A DNA stretch of 64,000 nucleotides from the human T2T-CHM13v2.0 reference genome, Homo sapiens. Positions 23,479-43,401 of the stretch are shown in pieces. The notes under the pieces were generated by a model that worked only from the letters and a program-made list of their open reading frames with translations, was not told the origin of the DNA and did not search any database. A program made the position numbers and the translations under genes. The stretch's first letter is position 1. Each line of letters starts with the position of its first letter. The stretch lies in the NCBI RefSeq assembly GCF_009914755.1, contig NC_060935.1; one strand, written 5' to 3'.

Positions 23479-25229
23479 CTACTGTAATCGCAGACACTAT
23501 TTGAACTGCAGCTCTCACCACCTCTGTGATCCCTGTCCTCTCTGCCTGTAAGTACCCATATCAATGCTACTTAGGCCATCTGCTCTGTCCCTGAGTTGTC
23601 CTTGACCTGGAGGCCCCCTTGGAGCCTCAGCTCTCCCTGCTACTGCCACCTAGAATCTGTCACTGACAACTTGCAGAGCTCCACTGCCCATCTCTCTCTG
23701 GCCAGTAGGTAAATGCCTTTCTTACATTCAGCTCTTTAAAAACCGAGAATCCCACAGAGTGTGTGCTGGGTTCTCAATAATTCAATTCTTTCAGCATGCC
23801 ACACAGAAGAGGACCTGGGCCCCTGGTGATTCGGTTGTTTCCATTTTAGTACACAGCCTTCTCCTTCCCAGGACTGATAAGCATGCCCCAGAGGGTTGAG
23901 CTGGGGCAGGTTCAAGTACAGCCTTATAGAATCTTCACAAACACTGTCTTCTCTAGCACTTAGGCCCTGTGGCCAATTCTACTCCTTATAAGGGTATCCT
24001 TGGTACAGAATTTTTCCTGTAAGGAATCCATTATTTCTTTCTGCAAGCTGTATTTCATCAGGTGATAATCATTTTTAAATCAAATTTTATTTCCCACAAT
24101 ACTTCTGGATCCAAGATTAAAGGATGGGGCTAGATGTTTCAAGCCTTCTGTAACAGCAACAGAGCAGAGCACAATGATGCCTTCGAAAACCTGCAGCAAC
24201 AAGGACACTCTGCTATATACAATATCTATCAGAGTGCTGGTAAATGCCTCACAACCATCAAGCCATCTCCCTCCCCCATATATTTATTCCTCTGTGAAGC
24301 CTTTCTTCTTCCCCCTCTATTACACTGAGTTGCTCTCTGTCCTGTTCACACTTCGATCAGAGCACTTATTACACAGTATAATGACGACGTGATTATGTAT
24401 TTATCTCCCCTCACCAGAGCTCTGGAGGGCAGGAATCCGAGTACCACAATACAGGATGCAGAGCAGGCCTAAAATATTTATGGGAAGGATGGGAGCCGGA
24501 CTATGATGGATCGCTTTAAATACCAGGGAAAGGACTTTCCACTCAAACCAAAATTCAACAGAGTATTAAATTTTCTTGCACAGAGGAATGACTTGCAGAA
24601 TACAGTGTGCCATAAAAATGCACCCGGTCATTGTGTGAAGTTGGATGGGAATGTGGCAAAACCAGTTAGGAAGTTGCTGAGGTGACTCTGTCCATGGAGA
24701 GGAAGAACTACATCTAAAAGGCATTTCAAAGAAAATACAGGCCAGGCACGGTGGCTGTCGCCTGTAATCCCAGCACTTTGGGAGGCCAAGGCAGGCGGAT
24801 CACGAGGTCAAGAGATCGAGACCATCCTAGCCAATATTGTGAAATCCTGTCTCTACTAAAAATACAAAAATCAGCTGGGCGTGGTGTCGTGCGTCTGTAG
24901 TCCCAGCTACTCAGGAGGCTGAGGCAGGAGAATCGCTTGAACCCAGGAGGAACCCAGGAGGGGGAGGTTGCGGTGAGCCGAGATCGCGCCAGCCTCATGA
25001 CAGAGGGAGACTCCGTCTCAAAAAAAAAAAAAAAAAAAAAAAGGAAAGACAGAGAAAATACAAACAAAAGCTGAGATTTGCTGAGTTCCTACCATGTGCT
25101 ACGCAATGCCAACAACAAGGTGGCATGGAATAATCCTCATGTCTGTTAAGTGGGTGGGGGTAGGAGTGGGGGTAGGAGTAGGGGAGTGTCACACATCTGC
25201 AAACGGTAACGTTGAACTTCCAAAGTAGG

Positions 25230-25860
25230 TCCATCGGGCTCTCAGGACCCGCGGCTGTCCGAGGCCTCAGTTGCCTCAATTAGACTTAGGCTAACTTCCT
25301 CCTTGCGCTGGGGGGTGAGGAATACTTTCCCGTGCGGAGGCCTCAGCTCCTCAATGTACAGAGAAGAGCCTTGCAGGGCCTAAACACTGGAGTTCAGGGA
25401 TCCTTTATCAAGCTGCCAAACCTTTTCAGGGGCTTGGAAGGACACCTAAGGGCGGAAGCGGGCGCGTTGTGGCCCCCGTGGGGCAGTGGGAAGGCAGCAG
25501 GGCCTCGCGGGCGGAGGCCGAAGCGCCGCTGACGCCGGAGCGGAAGCCGCTGAGTCATGGTGGGGGCAGGAATGCAGCGCATTTGGAGAAGGCCCGGGAC
25601 GCCGGCGGCTCCAGCATTACTGAGCAGTGACTTGGCGTCCGCACCTTCACTGCAGTCGGGAACCACCAGTGACGGCGGTGACCGGAAGAGCTGAGTCACC
25701 GCAGGCGACGCGAGCGACGCCGGCGGGGAGGGGCTGACGCGCCTGGGGCCGCGCGCCTGGGCTCCAGGGCCCCGCGCGTCGCCACGATCTCGACGTTGCA
25801 ATCCCCGCCAGGTCGGCGGGGGCCGCACGGGGCTGGGTCTCCCGGATCCCGCCCGGGGAT
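25230..25860. promoter_or_regulatory. Orphan CpG island / candidate enhancer-promoter about 20 kb upstream of IPO7
   Basis: Non-repeat, very GC- and CpG-rich, with no recognisable coding exon. Contains GCTGAGTCA twice, GTGACTTGGC once and CGGAAG three times. Confidence 0.85.
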
Positions 25861-26153
25861 TGGAGTCTGAGGCTGAAATTTGAAATCTTGAAGTGGCCCC
25901 AAGCCACAAATACTACAGACTGGTTTCAGTGGGAATTAGGACCTTGTGAAAGGAGACAGCAGTGCCCCAAAGACTGGGTAGATTTTGAAGATCAAAGGCA
26001 CTTGCCTAGGAACAAAAATGATTTGCCTGACTCAGTTCCAAAATGCAGCAAATAATAATTAAAGCGAAACACACACGCACTGTTTTTTTTAAATGCAAGA
26101 GCAAAACTTTTAAAATTCCAAAAGAAAATAAATCTTGGTTTCCGAGATGAATT

Positions 26154-27184
26154 CGTCAAAGGAAAATATCTTGGGGCCCCCATATCACTAAGCTAAAGGG
26201 AAAAGTCAAGCTGGGAACTGCGTAGGGAAAACCTGTCTCCCATTCTATTCAAAGTTACCCCTCTGCTCACTAACATAAATGCGTTATCTGATTGCCTCTT
26301 TTGGAGGCTGGGTGCGGTGGCTCACACCTGTAATCCCAGCACTTTGGGAAGGAGAGGCGGGCGGATCACTTGAGGTTAGGAGTTCCAGACCAGCCTGGCC
26401 AACATAACGAAATCCCGTCTCTACTAAAAATACAAAAATTAGCCGGGCATGCTGGTGGGCGCCTGTAATTCCAGCTACTCGGGAGGCTGAGGCAGGAGAA
26501 TCGCTTGAACTCGGGAGGCGGAGGTTGCAGTGAGCCGAGCTCAGCCACTGCGCTCCAGCCTGAGCAACAGAGCCAGACTCCCTCTCAAAAAATAAGATTA
26601 AAAAAAAAAAAGAATCCAGGCTGGGCACGGTGGCTCACGCCTGTAATCCTAACACTTTGGGAGGCCAAGGCGGGTGGATCACCTGAAGTCAGGAGTTCGA
26701 GATCAGCCTGGTGAACATGGAGAAACCCCTATCTCTACTAAAAATATATAAATTAGCTGGGCGTGGTGGCGGGCGCCTGTAATCCCAGCTGCTTGGGAGG
26801 CTGAGGCAGGAGAATCGCTTGAACCCGGGAGCAGAGGTTGCAGTGAGCCGAAATTGGGCCACTTCTCCCCAGCCTGGGCGAAAGAGGGAAACTCCATATG
26901 AAGAAAGAAAGAGAGAGAGAGAGGGAGGGAAGCTCAAAAGAATGCAACCATTTGTCTCCTATCTACCTATGACCTGGAAAGCCCCCATTTCCAGACCAAA
27001 CCCGTGTTGATCTTATATATGTCGATTGATGTCTCATGTCTCCCTAAAATGTAGAAAACCGAACTGTGCTCTGACCACCTTGGGCACATGTCCTCAAGGA
27101 GGTCCTCAGGGCACGTATCCTCAACCTTGGCAAAATAAACTTTTTAAATTAACTGAGACCTATCTCAGATTTTCGGGGTTCACA
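26154..27184 (+). mobile_element. Solo MER4A1-like ERV1 LTR interrupted by two Alus (~26306-26930)
   Basis: Starts cgtcaaaggaaaatatcttggggccccc and ends aataaactt...gattttcggggttcaca, matching the recalled MER4A1 consensus. Near-TSD aatt/agtt. Confidence 0.8.
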
Positions 27185-27339
27185 AGTTCTAACAGGATGG
27201 GAGTTTTGCAGAGGGAACTTTCCAAAGGTCCCTGAAACTTGCTTGGTGGTACCAGGACTCAGTAGTTTATCTCTTTCTCTAGTTTCTTCCCACTTCCACA
27301 CTACTGAAGCCAGAACTCATTTTTGTATAATAGTGCTTA

Positions 27340-27518
<179 letters not shown>

Positions 27519-27702
27519 TCAATTTTGTTCAGGTTTCTTTTTTAGACAAAAAACAAGTATATTATAGAATTTTCTCGGGATGGTGGGGGGAACACACTCA
27601 ATTACAGTCGCTAAACAGAAACCACAATTACTTTTGCTTCTTTTCCTACATTTTGTTCACAAGAAGAAGTTTTTGTTTTTGTTTTGTTTTGTTTTGAGAT
27701 AG

Positions 27703-27996
<294 letters not shown>

Positions 27997-28011
27997 TAAT
28001 CAGATCAGTGA

Positions 28012-28370
<359 letters not shown>

Positions 28371-30559
28371 TAAGCCACCACGCCTGGCCTGTCGTAGATT
28401 TTTTGTCTTGGGCAATGGGACTGAGGATAAGAGGGAGAAGAAAAAGGTCAAGAAGCTATTCCTTTTCATCTGAAAGTTCTTATGCACTTCTTTGTAACCA
28501 TGTGCATATATTACTTCTTACTTTTTTGTTGTTTTATTTTGGATGTGTGGTCTGAGTGCTTGCTTTTGAGTCAGTGGGCTTGACAGTTCTTCAAACTGAA
28601 AACTAATCTAAGAGTCCCAGATCTGGTTCTGGTATAACACACACTAGAATTTTGCTATTTCATTGTTTTCGCTTAGGCACCATTTTCAACTGCTGCTGTT
28701 CATTCTTCCATTCAACACATATTTGTTAAGGGGCTTTTACGTGCCAGGCACTATAGTAAGGTCCTGAAGATGTCCTTCAAACAGCCAGCCAAAATTTGGA
28801 ACATGTTTTGTGCCAGCTACATAGAGTGTGTTTTTGTTAAAGACTTCTATTATTGTGGGCCTTTGTTCTTGTTGCTAGTCAATCTTGGGATGATCTAATA
28901 GAATGTAGATTTCTTTGCAACAGAGCTGGACCCAGAACATTCCATTCTAGACTCTAGGGTCCTGCACGTGTGAAATAGAGATAGGACTGACTTTGGGCAC
29001 TGAGACAAGTAATTCTCTTCCATTAATGCTGCTTTTCTGGAGCTATGCCCTAAGATAATGTTATACCAAAGGGTCCTGTGAACACTTTGCTGCAGAAATT
29101 ATTTGATTCAAATCAATTCAATTTAAAATCATGTATTGAGTGCCTACTACTTATAAGCATGGGGTAGGAATGGGAGATGAGCCAAAGATGAAAATAACCC
29201 AGATCCTGAAGCTCATCATTTTTTGAGAGTCTTAAATCTTCCTAAAGACTGATCCAGATACTTCTCTTTTTAAAACCTTTAATGGGTCTCATTGGCTTTC
29301 AGATTTTTTTCATTTCAAAAAAAACCCGCTGCATTTTAACTGAGTACCAGACACCGTGCTAGGGGTTGGTTATACCATTTCAGAAAATTACATTATTGAT
29401 GGCAATGGTGTTGGTGGTATTTGAGTCACCTGCACAACATGCATGTATCAATCAGAATTTGCAGCTGTAACATGCATGATTTTGCTATGTATAGTTGCTA
29501 GCAACTGACTACTACTTTATTTATTTATTTATTTATTCATTCTTTTATTTATTTATTTATTGAGACAGAGTCTCGCTCTGTAGCCTAGGCTGGAGTGCAG
29601 TGGCGCAATCTCGGCTCACTGCAACCTCTGCCTCCTGGGCTCAAGCCATCCTCCCATCTCAGCTTCCTGAGTTGCTGGGACTACAGGTGCATGCCGCCAC
29701 ACCTGGCGAATTTTTGTATTTTTTGCAGAGATAGTGTTTCGCCATGTTGCCCAGGCTGGTCTTGAACTCCTGAGCTCAAGTGATCTGCTTGCCTTGGACT
29801 TCCAAAGTGCTGGGATTATAGGCATGAGCCACCATGCAATTATATATTGAAATATGTTACCATAAATAACCTTCTTTTTATTTCTTCTTTATATTACAGT
29901 TAGCGCACAATATTGATTTTCTTAAATAGAAGTGTGTAGTTAGTTTGACTGTATTATCTATGGATATCATTTAATAATAGTACAGAGGAGATTACAGAAA
30001 GAACTACTAGCCTACTCAAATAAATCTGAATGACTGATCCTGGCAATTATTGCCATCAGTGTCAAACCCCAGGCTTATTCTTATTTGGTATACCTAAGAT
30101 CAGGCCAAGTTGCTTTACTTCGTATTCCCAGTATTGGAGCATTGGAGCAAGCATCTTCCACTCCCACAGACCCATCTTAGGTCATCTTGTTCTATAACTA
30201 TAGGACTCTGTCACCTTTGACACATCTGATTGACCTAAGGGAGTCTATTCATTGTCTGTCCAATTGCCCAAGAGAGTTGTTCCGGACAGGCTCAGTGGCT
30301 CACACCTGTAATCCCAGTACTTTGGGAGGCCGAAGCAGGTGGATCACCTGAGGTCAGAAGTTCAAGACCAGCCTGGCCAACCTGATGAAACCCCGTCTCT
30401 ACTAAAAATACAAAAAATTTAGCTGGGCAGGGGGGTGGGTGCCTGTAATCCCAGCCACTCAGGAGGCTAAAGCAGGAAGGAGAATCACTTGAACCCGGGA
30501 AGCGGAGGTTACAGTGAGCCAAGATAGTGCCATTGCACTCCAGCCTGGGTAACAGAGTG

Positions 30560-32460
<1,901 letters not shown>

Positions 32461-32502
32461 TAGTAGAGATAGGGTTTCACTGTGTTAACCAGGATGGTCT
32501 CA

Positions 32503-32736
<234 letters not shown>

Positions 32737-33228
32737 TTAGCCAGGCATGGTGGCGTGTGCCTGTAGTTCCAGCTGCTTGGCAGGCTGAGGCACGAGAATT
32801 GCTTGAACCCGGAGGCGGAAGTTGCAGTGAGCCGAGATCGTGCCACTGCACTCCAGCCTGGGTGACAGAGTGAGACTCTGTCTCCCCCAATAAATAAATA
32901 TATAAACACTTTTTGCTTTGCATCTTTGTTTTTTGGGGGTTTTTTTGAGACAGAGTCTCACTTTGTAGAAACAAGGTCTCATTTTGTTACCCAGGCTGAT
33001 CTTGAACTCCTGGCTCCAGTGATCCTCTCACCTCAGCCTCCCAAAGTGCTGAGATTAAAGGTGTGAGCCACTGTACCAGCCCTCCATGATGTGAATATAC
33101 TACTTTTGTCTTTTCCATTGACCTAGTGATAGGTATCTGGGTTGCTGCCTACTTCTCCCTGCAACACCACCACCAAAAAGTGATAAAGAATATACTCTGA
33201 AATATAAACCTAGAACTGGGAACACAGC

Positions 33229-33570
33229 TGATACATTTGGATATTTGTCCCCTCCAAATCTCATGTTGAAATGTAATCTCCAGTGTTGGAGGTTGGACTT
33301 GGTGGGAGGTGTATTTCTTCATGGGGACTGATCCCTCATGAATGGCTTTATGCCATTCTCACTGTAATGATTGACATCTCGCTGTATTGGTTCACAGGAG
33401 ATCTGCTTGTTTAAGAAAGCCTGGAACTTCCTCTCCTCTCTTTTTTTCCCTATCTCACCATGTGATATGCCAGCTCCCCCTTCGCCTTCCGTCATGATTG
33501 TAAGTTTCCTGAGGCCTCACCAGGAGCAGATGCTGGCACTATGCTTCTTGTTCAGCCTGCAGAACTATGA
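33229..33570 (+). mobile_element. MST-family MaLR LTR, 3'-truncated
   Basis: tgatacatttggatatttgtcccctccaaatctcatgttgaaatgtaat...gattgtaagtttcctgaggcctcacc is a typical MSTA/MSTB sequence. Confidence 0.8.
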
Positions 33571-34982
33571 TCCAAGGTCTTGCTAAGTTGCCCAGGCTGT
33601 GTTTGAATTCTTGGCCTCAAACAATCCTCCTTCCTTGGCCTCCCAAAGCACTGAGATTATAGTTGTGAGCCACTGTGCCTGGCCACCTCAAATATTTCTT
33701 TACATCCTATTCAGGAATTCAAGCTTCCTCTTCCATGAATTGCCTATTAATATTTTCCCACTTTTTTCAGTCTTATTTGTATTGGCTTATAGGAATTCCA
33801 CGTGTCTACCTAATAATGATGCTCTGTGGCTTTTAGATGTGGTAAATATCTTTACAGAGTCTGCTATTTGTCTATTAACTTCATCTAGAGTATTTCTTGT
33901 TAGACCATCATGTTAAATCTAGGAAACCGTAGAGTCCAGATTCAACCCAAGTCTGTCTGTCTTTGAGACTAATGCTCCTTTTACTAAAGGAAAATGGTAG
34001 TGAAGCTCTATGACTGACTAGAGTAATTTTTGCCACCTAAAAGCTAGAGTTTCTGGGTCATCTCTCAGATTGTTTTCCTAGAAAATGAAGGCTACCAAAT
34101 ACCCAACCATAGACTTCTTGCCTGGGAGACAGGGTACTCTGACCTGAGGTCAGAGTTTTCTGGGTATTGGAGCCAAAGCTACTTCACAAACATTCTGACT
34201 TTATTTTTCCTTGAGTCTACCTGTTGTGCTGGCTCTGCATATTAAAAGACTATGCAAAGTAAGTGGCATATCTATCCCACATTAGGAGCGAGCAGATAAA
34301 AGAAAACTTTTCCATTGTAAGTTAGAAGAATAAATCTGATGGGTGATTTCTCCTTTGATCCTCATAATTACCCTGAATATTTAAGATGACGAAGAGCATA
34401 TCCACTTCTCTGTAATAGCTAAAAAGAGTCTTCTGCTTCGAACCACGGTGAAGTAACAAGGGACACCACCTGTTGTAACAACTAGGAACTGGAAAACATA
34501 TATGAAACAAGTGTTTTCAGACATCAGACAAGAAGCAGATCAGAATTGTGATCCTGAGAGAAGGAAGACAAAAGAGGTAAGCCCTCCAATTTCTCCAGTT
34601 TTCTATTTAAAGGCTCATTCTGGACCATAGCATAGGAAAGGGGTTCCCATAAACATCACTGTGGTCTCACTGGGTCAAGGAGAAAGAGTTTGAAGTTTAG
34701 GAGGCTGAGGTGGATGGAGATAGCAGTATGGTTTTTGAAAAGAGGGGTTACACAGAAAAAGAGCTCCAGAAATCCACATGGGGTCCCCCTCCACGTTTTC
34801 TGAATATTAAGATGGTTATAAGCAGGGTGAAACCTCACAGCTTGGACAAATAATAACCAAGGAAGGGGTTAGCTAAAGAGTTCCCAGAGGCCGGGCGCGG
34901 TGGCTCACGCCTGTAATCCCAGCACTTTGGGAGGCCGAGGCGGGTGGATCATGAGGTCAGGAGATCGAGACCATCCTGGCTA

Positions 34983-35210
<228 letters not shown>

Positions 35211-35366
35211 CTAGGACACTAGACTAGAGAAAGCTTGTTGATTCCTTGGGGGGCATCAGTAGAAACCCCCAAAAGGCCACACATTAGTTGTATAGTAAAA
35301 TAGCCCTATAGTAAATACTAACAGATTTTATCTTTTCTTTTATTTATTTATTTTTTTATGGTTGTA

Positions 35367-35401
<35 letters not shown>

Positions 35402-35402
35402 A

Positions 35403-35561
<159 letters not shown>

Positions 35562-35683
35562 TAGTAAAGACAGGGTTTCTCCATGTTGGTCAAGCTGGTC
35601 TCGAACTCCTGACCTCAGGTGACCCGCCCTCCTCGGTCTCCCAAAGTGCTGGGACTACAGGCATGAGCCACCGTGCCCGCTCC

Positions 35684-35855
35684 CTTTTTTTCTGACTTTA
35701 AGTTCTGGGATACAGGTGCAGAATGTATTACATAGATATACATGTGCCATGGTGGTTTGCTGCACATATCAACTTGTCATTAGGTTTTAAGCCCCGCATT
35801 CATTAGGTATTTGTCCTAATGCTCTCCCTCCCTTTGCCCCCCCACCCCCTGCAGA
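35684..35855 (-). mobile_element. L1PA 3' end fragment
   Basis: ttaagttctgggataca...catgtgccatggtggtttgctgcac...taggtatttgtcctaatgctctccctccc is the antisense 3'UTR of a primate L1. Confidence 0.8.
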
Positions 35856-36064
35856 CTTGATCTTAAAAACCTTTAACTGGCCAGGCGTGGTGGCTCACGC
35901 CTGTAATCCCAGCACTTTGGGAGGCCGAGGCAGGTGGATCACGAAGTCAAGAGATCAAGACCATCCCGGCCAACATGGTGAAACCCCGTCTCTACTAAAA
36001 ATACAAAAAAAAAAAAAAAAAAAAGCTGGGCGTGGTGGCACACACCTGTAGTCCCAGCTACTCA

Positions 36065-36223
<159 letters not shown>

Positions 36224-36302
36224 TCAAACTGAACTCTATAATTTAATTGCTAACCAGGTCAAATCCCAACATTTGTTAAAGAAAAACAAGAAAACTCACT
36301 CA

Positions 36303-36500
<198 letters not shown>

Positions 36501-36695
36501 TCAAAAAAAAAAAATAGCAAATTGGCTAGGCTCCGTGGCTCACACCTGTAATCCCAGAGTTTCAAAAGGCCAAGGTGGGAGGATTGCTTGATGCCAGGAG
36601 TTTTGGACCAGCTTTGGCAACATGGTAAAATCCTGTCTTTACAAAAAATTTTTTTAAAAATTAGCTAGGCATGGCGTCATGCGCCTATAGTCCTA

Positions 36696-36824
<129 letters not shown>

Positions 36825-36914
36825 TTAGCAAATTGAATCCAGTAATATGTAAAAATGACAATACACCATGACCAAATGAGGTTTATCCTAGCAAAGCAAC
36901 ATGTAAAAATCTAT

Positions 36915-37092
36915 TACTGTTATGCAACATGTAATGAGGGTTTAGTCGAGAATGGGAGAATGGATTGCATATAGGACAGTGAACATGAGATTATAATAGC
37001 ATATTACTGTATGTTTTCTATGTTTAGATACATGAATACTACCATTGTGTTACAATTGCTTACAGTATTCAGTACTGTGGAGATTTGTAGCC
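36915..37092 (+). mobile_element. Tigger3/MER7-like fragment
   Basis: gagattataat...ctatgtttagatac...accattgtgttacaattgcttacagtattcagtac matches the recalled Tigger3 derivative. Confidence 0.6.
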
Positions 37093-37394
37093 TTGGCCAT
37101 GAACGGTGGCTCATGCCTGTAATCCCAGCACTTAAGAGGCTGAGGCAGGCAGATCACTTGATGTCAGGAGTTCAAGACCAGCCTGGACAACATGGTGAAA
37201 CCCCCTCTCTACTAAAAATACAAAAATTAGCCGGGTGCAGTGGCACGTGCCTGTAATCCCAGCGAGCTGCTCAGGAGGCTGAGGCAGGAGAGTCACTTGA
37301 ACCTGGAAGGCAGAGGTTGTGGTCAGCTGAGATTGCGCCACTGCACTCCAGCCTAGGTGGCAGAACGAGACTGTCTAAAAAAAAAAAAAGGAAA

Positions 37395-38410
<1,016 letters not shown>

Positions 38411-39294
38411 ACTGGTAGTAAGTACTGAGGCAGTGGCTCACGCCTGTAACACCTATAATTCCAGCACTTTGAGGGGCTGAGATAGGAGGATTGCTGGAGG
38501 CCAGAAGGTTGAGACCAGCCTGGGCAAATATGACTCTATTGCCACAAAAAATTTTTAAAATTATCTGGGCATGGTGATGTGCACCTGTAGTCCCCGCTAC
38601 TTGGGAGGCTGAGGCCAGAGCATCTCATGAGTGCAGGAGTTTGAGGCTAGTGTCAGAAACATAGGAAGACTCTGTCCCTCAAAAAAAAAAAAAAAAAAAA
38701 AGGAAAATGGTCTTCAGTGACTACGTTCAATAGAAGATTGACTAGATTTCCTATGAATATACTGTTTTATTCACAAACGGTATCAAACTGCTGAATGTGA
38801 GGACTCGCAGCTACCGGGAACAATGCTCTGCAGAAAGTCTCTGTTTCTTCACTTCAACTCTTCCTTGCCCTCTTACCTTCCTTCTCCCTAGCCCTTTCCT
38901 GACAACCAACAACAATTTACATTACTGAACTTTATGCTTGCAAAAGATTTTCAAACTTTATTTGATCTTCAGAATAATTTTCGTAGCCTGTGATAGGACT
39001 ATTTACTCATTTTACAGAATGGAAAATAAAATTAGGGACAGTGAGATGAAATGTTTTACTTGAGGCAACACAGTGTGTACATGCCTCAGAACAGAATCGA
39101 TGTCTGTCCTTTTCCCCCTGCGTTTTGAATTGTTTAGAGTACAAATCTTGCCAAGGCGTAAAAATGAATAAGAGGACTAGTTTATTTAAAAATATAATGA
39201 AAAATTGGCTGGGTACTGTGGCTCACAACCTGTAATCCTGGCACTGTGGGAGGCCAAGGCGGGTGGATTACTTGAGGTCAGGAGTTCAAGACTA

Positions 39295-41284
<1,990 letters not shown>

Positions 41285-42633
41285 TGAGTCAGGCCCAGCT
41301 CTTCTTCTTCTTCTTCTTCTTCTTTTTTTTTTTTTTTTTTTTTTTTGAGACGGATCTCACTCTGTCGCCAGGATGGAGTGCAGTGGTGTGATCTCGGCTC
41401 ACTGCAACCAACCTCCACCTCCTGGGTTCAAGCAATTCTTCTGCTTCATCCTCTTGAGTAGCTGGGACTACAGGTGCACGCCACCATGTCTAGCTGAGTT
41501 TTGTATTTTTAGTAGAGATGGGGTTTCACCATGTTGGCAAGGGTGGTCTCTATCTCTCCAACCTCGTGATCTGCCAGCCTCGGCCTCCCAAAGTGCTGAG
41601 ATTACAGGCATGAGGAGCCACTGTGCCCGGCCGCATCTCTTCTTAATTTTTGTCTAATTTCATCCTACCTCAAAATCAACTCTGAGACTATGGTTTATGC
41701 TTTTCTGAATTCTCAGCCTTCACCTTGCCTAAGGAGGCTTAGATACCTGTGTTGGCTGCTGTGCTGGGGATTGGGATTGTGGGACACCATAAGGTTATGT
41801 AATTGTGTTTACAGTGGCTTAACAAACCACTTTTTTCATTAGTCTTCTCATACTTATTTATTGAGCACTCATTCATTTCTGTGTCTACCACAAAAAAGAT
41901 GGATGTGGTCTCTGCCCTAGAGGAGTTCACACTGAAATTTCCAGTCACGTAAGTCACATTCTCTGTGTCACTAGCTTGACAAAATAAAACTAAAATCTAC
42001 AAATAGGTTGAGTGTGCTAATCACTCTACCAACTAGCTCCTGAATGCTCCCTGGGGCCAAGCTCCTTTTTTGGATACAGGAATGCTGGCTCCCCAGACAG
42101 GATCTTGTACCCAGTGTGCTCTGTTCTCTATGAAGGATGAGACACAGGCCCCATGCCAGCTGTAGATCTGCAAGCCTCGTTGGCTCCCTGTTCCCAGCAC
42201 TACAGCTTAAAACCATATTTTTCACTACCACTTCTTTTCCCTTTCAGTTTTAGGGAGAGGAAACTAACATTTTTGGACTACCTTCTATGTGCCAGGTTCT
42301 TTCATATACATTGTGCTCTGCTAAAATCTTCACAATTCCGTGATAAACAAGTCAATTCTGGAATCTAAAATAGGCATATAATATCAGAAAGAGGACTAGC
42401 TTTTGAATCATGAAGAATGAAGCTTCAATTCTGGCTCAGCCACCTATAAGTCATTACTAGTTTATTAATTCCTTTCTTCATTTATTCACTTAAAGAATTT
42501 TTTAAACTCCTCCTTTACATTCTAACTCTGTGGTAGGAGGTGAGGATACAAAGGTCAATAGAACATAAGCCTGTTTTCAAGGCCTTCACTTTGAGCAGTG
42601 GAGCAGGGAGAGGAAAATTCTTTTTATTTCTGA

Positions 42634-42756
<123 letters not shown>

Positions 42757-42827
42757 TAACACTATTACACTTTTTACAGGTTATTATTATGAAAACTTTC
42801 TGACTCCTCACAATTTAAGTAGCCTGA

Positions 42828-43008
<181 letters not shown>

Positions 43009-43029
43009 TAATTTTTTTTTTTTTTTTGA

Positions 43030-43401
<372 letters not shown>

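Noticed and set aside
25332-25909. 171-aa and other ORFs over the upstream CpG island
   Set aside because: Pro/Arg/Gly/Ala-rich frames are expected from GC content alone; most have non-ATG starts and none has a recognisable domain.
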